Shown: positions 17,520-25,692 of the stretch, in pieces | Layout of the letters: every line of letters starts with the position of its first letter | How positions within the stretch are numbered: the first letter of the stretch is position 1 | Assembly (NCBI GenBank): GCA_039925225.1 | Contig: JBDSZH010000050.1 | Location: forward strand, 1-52,445 | DNA length: 52,445 nt | Direction: 5' to 3' | From: Candidatus Limnocylindrales bacterium | Lineage (GTDB): Bacteria; Chloroflexota; Limnocylindria; Limnocylindrales; CSP1-4 | Made by a program: the position numbers and the translations under genes | The notes under the pieces: model-generated | Told to the model about the DNA's origin: nothing | The model's database searches: none | The model's input: the letters and a program-made list of their open reading frames with translations, nothing else

Positions 17520-17711
17520 TCAGGCACTCGCGGCGCGCGCGACTCGCCGGCGGAGGATGGCCGTCAGCCGGTCGCGACGGGAGACCGGCGCGGGCTCGTT
17601 GAGCGGGAGGGCGTCGACGGCCGCGTACCGCGATCGGCGGTTCCGCTGGGCGGCGTCCCCGTAGTTGTGTTCGACGTCGATCGCGGCGAGGTACAGGGCG
17701 AAGGGGTGCAT
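17520..17711 (-). CDS. Small hypothetical protein (63 aa), divergent from the LAL regulator
   Basis: ATG preceded by 'aggagacgaac'. Third-position G/C is about 90 percent by hand count. No family recognised. Confidence 0.5.
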   Translation of the reverse strand: MHPFALYLAAIDVEHNYGDAAQRNRRSRYAAVDALPLNEPAPVSRRDRLTAILRRRVARAASA

Positions 17712-17839
17712 GTTCGTCTCCTGGCTTCTGGTCGGGTGATCTGATGCCTGGAGCGTGGCCCCTGCCTCCCTGTCTGCCATCGTGCATTCCCTTACCCGAC
17801 GATGCCGTGGACCTCATTTATCTCGCGTAGACCGACAGC

Positions 17840-20800
17840 GTGTTGTCCGGGACGGCACCCGGGCGCAATATCGCAGTCGTGCCTCGTCGAGTCTCCAGTC
17901 CGATCTTCGTTGGCCGTGTCACCGAGCGAGCGGCGCTGTCCGAGGCGCTCGAGCGCGCCGCTGCCGGTCAGCCCGGCATCGTGCTCATCAACGGCGAAGC
18001 GGGCGTGGGCAAGAGCCGCCTCCTCACCGAGGTCGCAACCCTGTCCGCCGCGATGCGGGCCACCACGGTCGGGGGACTGTGCGTGGATGTGGCCGCAGGG
18101 ACGTTTCCGTACGCGCCCTTCGTCGACATCGTGCGTGACCTGCACGGCGCTAGATTGACGGCGGCGCTCCCCGCGTCGGCGCGCGCCGAGCTCGGGCGGC
18201 TCGTTCCCGAGATCGCCCAGCAGGCCGATGGTCGATCGGATGCCGTCCAGGGTGGCCAGGGACGGCTGTTCGCGGCAGTTCGCGACCTCCTGGCCGTCGC
18301 GTCGACGTCGCGGCCGATCCTGATCACGATCGAGGACCTGCACTGGGCCGACGCGTCGACGCTCGAACTCGTGACGTATCTCGCCCGGTCGATGCAGACG
18401 GAGCACTACCTCCTCGTCGCCACCGCCCGACTGGAGACGCTTCCCCGGCGGCATCCCCTCCTGGGCATCGTCGCCGAGCTCGCGCGCCTGCCGGCGTTCG
18501 AACGGATCGACCTTGCCCGGTTCGATCGGGGCGAACTGGTCCAGCAGCTGACCGGGATCCTTGGCCGCGTACCGGATCCGGGGGTGGCGCTAAAGGTGTT
18601 CGAGCGCTCGGATGGGAATGCCTTCTTCGCCGAGGAACTCGTCGCGACGGATGCAAGCCGTGGCGGGCAGCTGCCCGCGTCGCTCCACGAGGTGCTGGCC
18701 GCACGCCTGGCGACGCTCGATGAGGTGGCACAGGGGATCGTTCGCGTGGCGGCGGTCGCCGGACGCGTCGTCAGCCACGAGCTGCTCGAAGAAGTGGGCG
18801 GGAGGCCGTCGCCGGTCCTCATCGCCGCGCTCCGAGCGGCGGTCGACCAAGGCGTGCTCCTGCGCGTCGAGGACCCCTCGCCCGGCTACGCGTTCAGGCA
18901 CGCACTCGTTCGCGAGGCCGCCACCGATGAGCTCCTCCCGACCGAGCGGGTGGCGATCCACCGCGCCATCGCCGACGCCATTGAGCGGGACCGTGCGTTG
19001 TCGCCGGCAGGCGAGCTGGCCCGGACGGGCGAGATCGCCTACCACGCGATGGCAGCGAACGACCTGTCCCGGGCGCTGACGGCGTCGCTCGCCGCCGTGG
19101 TGGTCGCCGAGGAGGCATCGGCCTACGCGGAGGCGGAGCTCCACCTGGAGCGGATCCTCGACATCTGGCCGCGGGTCGCCGACGCTGCATCCCGGGTGGG
19201 CGCGGATCATGCCGACGTCCTGGCTCGCACCGCCCGTGCCGCGGCGTCCGCCGGGCACTTGTCGCGTGCCGTCGCGCTCGCCCAGGACGCATTGGCCGAG
19301 CTGGGCCCAAGCGACACGGATCGACGGGTCGCGATCCTCCTCGAGCTGTTCGACTATGCGTGGGAGGCGGCGGAGCTCGACATCGCGGACCGCGTCGTCC
19401 CCGCGGCGATGGCCCTGCTGCGTGACGAGCGGTCTGCCCGGACCGCCGAGGCGTTCGCGGCGGAAGCGCTGCTCAGCTGGCACCAGGGTCGGTACACGAC
19501 TGCCCGCGAGTCGGCGGCACAGGCAATCGCGATCGCGCGCGAGTGCGGCGCTTCCCGGGAGCTCGCGATGGCGCTCATGATCCTCGCCCAGGTCTACGCG
19601 CACATCGGGGAAACGAACCATGCCGAGGAGTCATTCGTCGAAGCGGCAGAGATCGTGGAGTCAGTCAACGACCCTCGGCTCAGGGCGCGGACGACTCGTT
19701 CGGGGGCCTGGACCCGGTACCTGCACGGCCGTTTCGAGGAGAGCCTGGCCCTGAGTTGGGCTGGGCTCGAGATCGCGCGACGAGAGGGTGCCGACGGGCG
19801 GTACGGGGTGAACCTCCTCGACGGGGCCTTCGAGGACCTGATCGAGCTCGGTCGATGGCCGGAAGCCGAGCTCGTCGCTGATCAGATCCTGGCCAGGATG
19901 TCTCCATCCCTCGAGATGCTCGGCGTCCATATGTCGCTGGGGCGGCTGTTCACGCTCCAGGGTCGGATCGCGGACGCCGAACGAGAGATCGCCGAAGCCG
20001 AGGCGATGGCCGCGGTCGGTCCGCATCGGGTCTGGCAGCTGGAGGACGCGATTCTCCTCGCGTACGCGACCGGCCGGTACGCAGATGGGCGGGGCCTCAT
20101 GGACGCGGCGCTATCCGCCTCTCCCGAACCCGATCGCGATGCGATCCTGTGGTGGCCACTTCACAAGGCCATCGCAGGTGAGGCCGATCACGCCGATGGC
20201 GCCCGCCGCCGTCGTCGCACGGGCGAAGCGGAGCAGGCCGTCGCGGCGGGGCACCGGTTCGCGGATGCCCTCGGCACGAGCGCCCGGGCGGCGATCGAGG
20301 CCGACGGAGCCGGTCCGTTGATCCGGGCCGAACTTCGGAGCGCAGACGCGGAGATAAGCCGTCTCGATGGCCAGTCGGATCCCGCGCTGTGGGCGGCTGC
20401 GGTTGACGCTCGGCGCGAGCTCGAGCAGCTTTGGGAGCTGGCGTACGCTCGGTACCGACACGCCGAGGCGATCCTCCTGAGCGGCGGTCCCGCAAGCGAC
20501 GCAAAGCAGCCCTTGCGGCAGGCGCACGTCGTGGCGAGCGGCTTGGGTGCGGCCCCTCTCCGGATAGCCATCGAAGCGCTCGCGTCACGAGCGCGTATCC
20601 AGCTCGAGAGCGATCCGGGTAGCGTCGGGCCGGCGGCGAAGCGCCCGGCTTCTGCCCTGACCGCCCGGGAGCTCGAAGTCCTGGCACTCGTCGCGGCTGG
20701 CCATACCAACCGCGAGATCGGTGATCGCCTGTTCATCAGCGAAAAGACGGTTTCCGTGCACATCACCCACACGATGAACAAGTTGGGCGCGCTGAGTCGG

Positions 20801-20866
20801 TACGAGGCAGCCGCGGCGGCGACCCGACAAGGGTTGCTGGAGCCGGAAACGAGGACCGCTAACTGA
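17840..20866 (+). CDS. LAL-type regulator: STAND/AAA ATPase + TPR-like repeats + C-terminal LuxR HTH
   Basis: Walker A 'NGEAGVGKSRL', 'ITIEDLHWADASTLEL', 'GNAFFAEEL', and a C-terminal 'LTARELEVLALVAAGHTNREIGDRLFISEKTVSVHITHTMNKLG'. Confidence 0.85.
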   Translation: MLSGTAPGRNIAVVPRRVSSPIFVGRVTERAALSEALERAAAGQPGIVLINGEAGVGKSRLLTEVATLSAAMRATTVGGLCVDVAAGTFPYAPFVDIVRDLHGARLTAALPASARAELGRLVPEIAQQADGRSDAVQGGQGRLFAAVRDLLAVASTSRPILITIEDLHWADASTLELVTYLARSMQTEHYLLVATARLETLPRRHPLLGIVAELARLPAFERIDLARFDRGELVQQLTGILGRVPDPGVALKVFERSDGNAFFAEELVATDASRGGQLPASLHEVLAARLATLDEVAQGIVRVAAVAGRVVSHELLEEVGGRPSPVLIAALRAAVDQGVLLRVEDPSPGYAFRHALVREAATDELLPTERVAIHRAIADAIERDRALSPAGELARTGEIAYHAMAANDLSRALTASLAAVVVAEEASAYAEAELHLERILDIWPRVADAASRVGADHADVLARTARAAASAGHLSRAVALAQDALAELGPSDTDRRVAILLELFDYAWEAAELDIADRVVPAAMALLRDERSARTAEAFAAEALLSWHQGRYTTARESAAQAIAIARECGASRELAMALMILAQVYAHIGETNHAEESFVEAAEIVESVNDPRLRARTTRSGAWTRYLHGRFEESLALSWAGLEIARREGADGRYGVNLLDGAFEDLIELGRWPEAELVADQILARMSPSLEMLGVHMSLGRLFTLQGRIADAEREIAEAEAMAAVGPHRVWQLEDAILLAYATGRYADGRGLMDAALSASPEPDRDAILWWPLHKAIAGEADHADGARRRRRTGEAEQAVAAGHRFADALGTSARAAIEADGAGPLIRAELRSADAEISRLDGQSDPALWAAAVDARRELEQLWELAYARYRHAEAILLSGGPASDAKQPLRQAHVVASGLGAAPLRIAIEALASRARIQLESDPGSVGPAAKRPASALTARELEVLALVAAGHTNREIGDRLFISEKTVSVHITHTMNKLGALSRYEAAAAATRQGLLEPETRTAN

Positions 20867-20895
20867 GCGCCTTGCGCTCGCGACTCCACGCTTGT

Positions 20896-20964
20896 GCCAC
20901 AACGCTCAGGCCGATCCACTTCGTAGACAGCAGGTCCTCGGTTCAAATCCGAGTGTCGGCTCCA
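20896..20964 (+). pseudogene. Truncated/degenerate tRNA-Thr copy (3' half intact, 5' half decayed)
   Basis: 20927-20969 is identical to 17317-17359 (43 bp). It extends to 50 bp (20920-20969 vs 17310-17359) with one mismatch. The upstream 'gccacaacgctcagg' only weakly resembles the tRNA 5' half and is about 6 nt too short to fold. Confidence 0.6.
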
Positions 20965-21182
20965 GCTCCATGAAGCCCCGGCGAGGATTCGAGCAATCGA
21001 TCGCTGACGTACGATGCTGGCGTGTCCGACGCCGCGGACGTCGCGCGCGAGGATCGGCGATCAGTTCGAAGCCGTGCGCGAGGTGCTCCGGGCTCCCAGC
21101 TCATCGGTGACGTCCCTCCGCCGGCGCGAGATGCCGGTCTGGTTCCTCCGATCACGTTGTCGAGGTGCCCCTCGTCGACGGC

Positions 21183-21188
21183 TAGAAT
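21183..21188 (+). promoter_or_regulatory. -10-like hexamer TAGAAT 7 nt upstream of ATG 21196
   Basis: 'gcTAGAATcgcgggcATG'. Confidence 0.45.
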
Positions 21189-21195
21189 CGCGGGC

Positions 21196-24100
21196 ATGAT
21201 CGCGTGCCCGAGCTGCGGAACCGCGAACCCTGACGGCGCGCGCTTCTGCATGGCATGCGCCACGCCCCTCGAGATCCCAGGACCGAGCCGCGAGGCACGC
21301 AAGGTCGTCACGGTCGTCTTCGCGGACATCACGGGCTCGACCGGGCTCGGGGAGCGCCTCGACCCTGAATCGCTCCGGGCGATCATGGGTCGCTGGTTCG
21401 AGGCCATGCGCGCGGTGTTGGAGCACCACGGCGGCACTGTCGAGAAGTTCATCGGTGACGCCGTCGTCGCCGTCTTCGGGGTCCCGGTCGTCCACGAGGA
21501 CGATGCGCTGCGTGCGGTCCGCTCGGCGGTCGACATGGAGGCTGCGCTCCTCGAGTTGAACGTCGCACTCCGTGCGGAGCGAGACCTGGAGATCGAGATG
21601 CGCGTCGGCGTCAACACGGGCGAGGTGGTCGTTGGCGATGCGCGGGCTGGTGGCAGCCGCGCGACCGGCGACGCGGTCAACGTCGCGGCGCGGCTGCAGC
21701 AGGCTGCGGAACCCGGCGAGAGCCTGCTCGGCGATTCGACGTGGCGGCTCGTACGTGATGCGGCGGTCACCGGCGAGCCCCGCGAGGTCCACGTCAAGGG
21801 TCGGGACGAGCCCGTCATCGTGCGCCGGCTGCTGTCAGTTGACCGGTCGGCGGACGCTATCCACCGCCGCGTCGGCGGCGCAATGGTGGGCCGCGATCGC
21901 GAGCTGGGAATCCTGCGAGGGGCATACGAGCGGTCCGTCGTTGAGGAACGCTGCGTCCTGGTCACGGTCCTCGGTTCGGCCGGTGTCGGGAAGAGCCGTC
22001 TGGTCCAGGAGTTCCTTGCAAGCGCCGAGGGTGCCACGGTCCTTCGCGGCCGCTGCCTCCCGTACGGTGGCGGGATCACCTGGTATCCGGTCGCAGGGCT
22101 GCTGCGGTCTGCCGTCGGACTCGGCGAGGACGCGGAGCCGAGCGCCGTCCTCGAGCGACTGCGCAGAAGGCTCGATGGCATCACCGACGCCGACCAGATC
22201 CTCGCCAGGCTGGCCGAGCCCCTGGGCGTCACCGGCGAGCCGGCCCCGATCGAAGAGCTCGTATGGGCCATTCGCCGCTTCGTGGAGCGGGTCGCAACCG
22301 GCGGACCGGTGGTGCTTGTCATCGACGACCTGCAATGGGCGGAAGCAACGCTGCTGGATCTCGTGGAGCACCTCGCGGGGTGGGTGCACGGCGTGCCGGT
22401 TCTCCTGCTCGCGATGGCCCGACCGGAGTTGCTCGAGATTCGCGCGGGGTGGGGCGGCGGCAAGCCCGACGCGACGACGTTCCTTCTCGAGCCGCTGCCA
22501 TCCTCTGATACGGAGCAGCTCGTGCGCACCCTCCTCGAGGGCGCATCGATCCCGGCCGCCGCGGTGGCGCGCATCGCCACCGCCGCCGACGGAAACCCGC
22601 TGTACGTGGAGCAGGTCGTCGAGATGCTCCTGGACGATGGCGTCGTGCGGCGCCTTCGCGATGGCTCGCTGGAGGTGCGTGACCTCGAGACGATCTCCGT
22701 TCCGCCGACGATCCATGCGCTGCTCGCGGCTCGGCTGGATCGCCTCAGCGAAGCCGAGCGGCGCACGATCGAGCGGGCTGCGGTGGTCGGCAAGGAGTTC
22801 GGGCAGCGGGACGTCTCGGAGCTTACGCCGGCCGACGGTCGCGAAGGGTTGTCGCGCTCGCTGATGTCGCTCGTCCGAAAGGAGCTGATCCGGCCGGACC
22901 GGCGCCGCGACGATGGCGGCGAGACGTACCGCTTTCGCCATCTCCTTATCCGCGATGCGGCCTACGACAGCCTGCCCAAATCGGAGCGCGCGGACCTCCA
23001 CGAGCAGTTCGCGGACTGGCTGGATCGGGCCGTGGGCGACCGGATCGCGGACCTCGACGAGATCATCGGCTTCCACCTCGACCAGGCGCGGGCATATCGG
23101 CTGGCGCTCGGGCCGGAGGACGATCGGACGCGCAGCTTGGCGCTGCGGGCGGGTCGCCGCCTTGCAGCGGCCGGCGAGCGCGCCGCTGACCGTGAGGACC
23201 CGGTCGCTGGAGCTCGCTTGTTGACCCGCGCTGCGGACCTTCTGGTCTCCGACCCGCCTGCCCGATACCAGGCCCTGATGCTGCTGCTCTCGGTTGGTTT
23301 CCCGTTTGACTATGCCGCCGCGATGCAGGCCGCACGCCAGGCCGAGCAGGTCGGCGAGCAGCTCGGGGAGCTGGCGGCACGACGGGCATCGATCTGGGTC
23401 GCCAGCGCCCGGGCGATGACCGATCCGGACTTCCGCATATCGGACACTCGCGCGGAGACCGAGTTGGCCGCCCAGGCGTTCGAGGCAGAGGGAGACGTCG
23501 AGGGCCTCCTGGATGCCTACGCGCAGCTGAATCAGATCGACCTGGCCCTCGCGCATTGGGAGGATTCGCTCAGGTGGGCGCAGCTCGGCCTCGACCTCGC
23601 AACCCGTGCGGGACGAGAACGCATGCGCGGCACCTTTGCCATGTGGGTCTCCAACGCGCTCACCTGGGGATCCATGGACGCATCGGCAAGTATCGCGTTG
23701 ATGGAGGGACTGGTTGCCACGGCGACTCGCCGCCTGACCAAGGCTGCGATTTTCGATTCGATCGCGGTCCTGAAGGGCGTCCTCGGTGACCGGCCCGGTG
23801 CGGATGCCGCGAGAGGCGAGGCGGCCGCCATCTTCGACGAGTTGGGCCACCAGCACCGGGAGTTTCGTGACGCCTTCATGGAGTACGCGCTGGACGACTT
23901 CGGGGCCGCGGTCCGGCTGACGCGCGCCGAGGCAGCCGACCTGGAGCGGCGCGGCGACACAGGCCAACGCTCCACGATGCTCGGGCTCCAGTCTTGGACC
24001 CTGGCGCTCCTTGGCGACGATCAGGACGCGGCGGCGGCCGCGGCGACCGCGTATGCGCTGAGCGCGCCCGACGATGCCGTGTCGCAGATCCTCTGGCGAG

Positions 24101-24375
24101 CCGGACTCGGCCTTGTCGAGGCAAGGCGCGGCAACGCCGCCGAGGCGGACCGGCTCACGCACGAGGCTACCGAGGTGGCAGCGGAGACCGATTCGATGGA
24201 GGCCGGTACGGCGTGGCTCGCGCGGGCGATGGCCCTGGCCAGCCTCGGTCGCACGTCCGAGGCCAGCGACGCGGCCCGCGAGGCGCGCAGGCTGTTCGCG
24301 CTGAAGGGCTCGGTCAACGCGATGCGGCGCGCCGAGGCGCTCATCACGTCAGCTGGCAGCGCGGGACCTCGTTGA
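21196..24375 (+). CDS. Zinc-ribbon + class III adenylate/guanylate cyclase + STAND/AAA ATPase + TPR-like protein
   Basis: 'CPSCGTANPDGARFCMAC' is a zinc ribbon. 'VTVVFADITGSTGL...EKFIGDAVVAVFG...RVGVNTGEVVVGD' is the cyclase core. Walker A 'GSAGVGKSRL', 'LVIDDLQWAEATLLDL', 'GNPLYVEQ', and a long helical repeat tail follow. There is no C-terminal HTH. The start was moved from 21022 to 21196. Confidence 0.85.
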   Translation: MIACPSCGTANPDGARFCMACATPLEIPGPSREARKVVTVVFADITGSTGLGERLDPESLRAIMGRWFEAMRAVLEHHGGTVEKFIGDAVVAVFGVPVVHEDDALRAVRSAVDMEAALLELNVALRAERDLEIEMRVGVNTGEVVVGDARAGGSRATGDAVNVAARLQQAAEPGESLLGDSTWRLVRDAAVTGEPREVHVKGRDEPVIVRRLLSVDRSADAIHRRVGGAMVGRDRELGILRGAYERSVVEERCVLVTVLGSAGVGKSRLVQEFLASAEGATVLRGRCLPYGGGITWYPVAGLLRSAVGLGEDAEPSAVLERLRRRLDGITDADQILARLAEPLGVTGEPAPIEELVWAIRRFVERVATGGPVVLVIDDLQWAEATLLDLVEHLAGWVHGVPVLLLAMARPELLEIRAGWGGGKPDATTFLLEPLPSSDTEQLVRTLLEGASIPAAAVARIATAADGNPLYVEQVVEMLLDDGVVRRLRDGSLEVRDLETISVPPTIHALLAARLDRLSEAERRTIERAAVVGKEFGQRDVSELTPADGREGLSRSLMSLVRKELIRPDRRRDDGGETYRFRHLLIRDAAYDSLPKSERADLHEQFADWLDRAVGDRIADLDEIIGFHLDQARAYRLALGPEDDRTRSLALRAGRRLAAAGERAADREDPVAGARLLTRAADLLVSDPPARYQALMLLLSVGFPFDYAAAMQAARQAEQVGEQLGELAARRASIWVASARAMTDPDFRISDTRAETELAAQAFEAEGDVEGLLDAYAQLNQIDLALAHWEDSLRWAQLGLDLATRAGRERMRGTFAMWVSNALTWGSMDASASIALMEGLVATATRRLTKAAIFDSIAVLKGVLGDRPGADAARGEAAAIFDELGHQHREFRDAFMEYALDDFGAAVRLTRAEAADLERRGDTGQRSTMLGLQSWTLALLGDDQDAAAAAATAYALSAPDDAVSQILWRAGLGLVEARRGNAAEADRLTHEATEVAAETDSMEAGTAWLARAMALASLGRTSEASDAAREARRLFALKGSVNAMRRAEALITSAGSAGPR

Positions 24376-24404
24376 GCGCGAACGGGACCCGCGAGCCGAT
24401 GTAG

Positions 24405-24418
24405 CTGACGGCCGTCAG
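24405..24418. terminator. Perfect 14-bp palindrome CTGACGGCCGTCAG in a convergent intergenic region
   Basis: Read directly, 30 nt after the cyclase-STAND stop. No U-tract follows. Confidence 0.3.
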
Positions 24419-24629
24419 GCGTGGACGATTACGGAAGTCTGCAGGTGATCTGATGCGCGCCAGGCACGTAGAAAGTTACGGTCACGCTCGAGCGAGTGGG
24501 CTGGTTCGCATCCACACGGGCGCCTCACGACCGGTCGATCTCGTGACGCATCTCCCGGGGACGACGAGGACGAGGTCGCTCGCGTCACGCCGGCGGTCGA
24601 AGGTCGAGGTCGACCAGATCGGATGACGG

Positions 24630-25460
24630 CTACGGCCAGTAGCCGACTGCCCACGTCCCTGCGGCGAACTTGGCCTGGCCCGATAGGGATGGGTGGAAGT
24701 AGTCGAAGTGGCCGACGTCATTCTTCGTGTATGCGGCGTTGAAGGCGGCGTTGCCGTCGAACAGGCACTGGCGGTACTGCGCGCAGACCTCCGCGAGGGC
24801 AGTGTTGTAGTCGACGCTGCGCTGAAGGACGCGCGCCCGGCGCGCGACATCGGCCGTCGCCGTCGACGTCGGGTTGGCGAGCATTGATTGGCACACCCCG
24901 AACGTCGCCCACGCGGCCTGCGCGAGGAGATTGTCGTGGTAGAGGTCCCAAAGGTGCTTGATGTTCGGCACGCTCGCTACGAACACCTTCACGCTCGGCA
25001 GTCCGTTGGTGACCGTCTCCATGCCTGTCTGAAATTGAGCGCGGTAGGCGGCCACCGAGGTCATCGCGCTTTCGCTTGACGCGCAGACATCATTGCCACC
25101 CATCTCCACCGTCACGTAACCGACGCGTTGCGCAACAGCGGTCGACATCTGGCCCGCGAGCTCAACCATCTTCGCGCCGGATCGCGCGTCGTTGTAATTC
25201 CTGCCCTTGATCTTCGGGTTGAGCACGAGCAGTCGGAGGTAGTGGCTGTTCACCGAGGTAGCCGTGCCGGTGGACCACGAACCCGCGGGGTTATCGGTCC
25301 AAGGGAGCAAGCCCGTTCCCGCGGCCCGGGTCAGCGAATCTCCGGTGGCCGCCATCGACGACGGGAGCGACGGTCGGGCGCTCGCAGCTGGGGCCAGGAC
25401 TGCGATGGCGAGCGCCGCGGCGGCGAGCGCCGAGCGCCGGGATCGAAGCGATCGCGTCAT
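24630..25460 (-). CDS. Secreted SGNH/GDSL-family hydrolase
   Basis: Signal peptide 'AALAIAVLAPAASA', block I 'ATGDSLT', 'GGNDVC', and block V 'DYFHPS'. ATG 25460 is preceded by 'gggggagg'; the upstream part of the ORF looks non-coding. Confidence 0.8.
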   Translation of the reverse strand: MTRSLRSRRSALAAAALAIAVLAPAASARPSLPSSMAATGDSLTRAAGTGLLPWTDNPAGSWSTGTATSVNSHYLRLLVLNPKIKGRNYNDARSGAKMVELAGQMSTAVAQRVGYVTVEMGGNDVCASSESAMTSVAAYRAQFQTGMETVTNGLPSVKVFVASVPNIKHLWDLYHDNLLAQAAWATFGVCQSMLANPTSTATADVARRARVLQRSVDYNTALAEVCAQYRQCLFDGNAAFNAAYTKNDVGHFDYFHPSLSGQAKFAAGTWAVGYWP

Positions 25461-25692
25461 GTCGAGCCTCCCCCGAGTGTGGTGGGCAACCGCCGCGTTC
25501 TGGCGGTTCGCGACATTGTCGTCCCAGATTGCGCGGCGGTCCATCGTTGAGGCGTTCGTGGCACGACCAGCACTGCGCTGTGAGCGGGCCCGGAGATTGG
25601 ATCGCGTCTCACAGTCGCGCCTCGACGGAGTCGAGGATGACATCGATGATGCTTGCCGTTGTCTGGCCCATCCTTTCGTTGCTGCTGCCCGG

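Noticed and set aside
17355-20926. Interpreting the tRNA-bracketed segment as an active prophage or integrative element.
   Set aside because: No integrase, excisionase, replication or transfer gene is present. Only a regulator and a small ORF are enclosed, so at most it is a remnant or a duplication scar.
21022-21195. 58-codon N-terminal extension of the cyclase-STAND ORF.
   Set aside because: A TAGAAT box sits 7 nt before ATG 21196. The protein then starts exactly at the zinc ribbon, and the extension has no protein-like composition.
21196-24375. Reading the cyclase gene as a Pycsar/CBASS-like antiphage signalling system.
   Set aside because: No adjacent effector with a cNMP-binding, TIR, TM or nuclease domain is present. 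The cyclase-ATPase-TPR architecture matches the regulatory multidomain cyclases known from actinobacteria. A defence role cannot be excluded, but nothing in the window supports it.
25461-25643. 61-codon N-terminal extension of the SGNH hydrolase ORF.
   Set aside because: The strong RBS 'gggggagg' and a typical signal peptide begin at ATG 25460. The extension has no signal-peptide or domain character.
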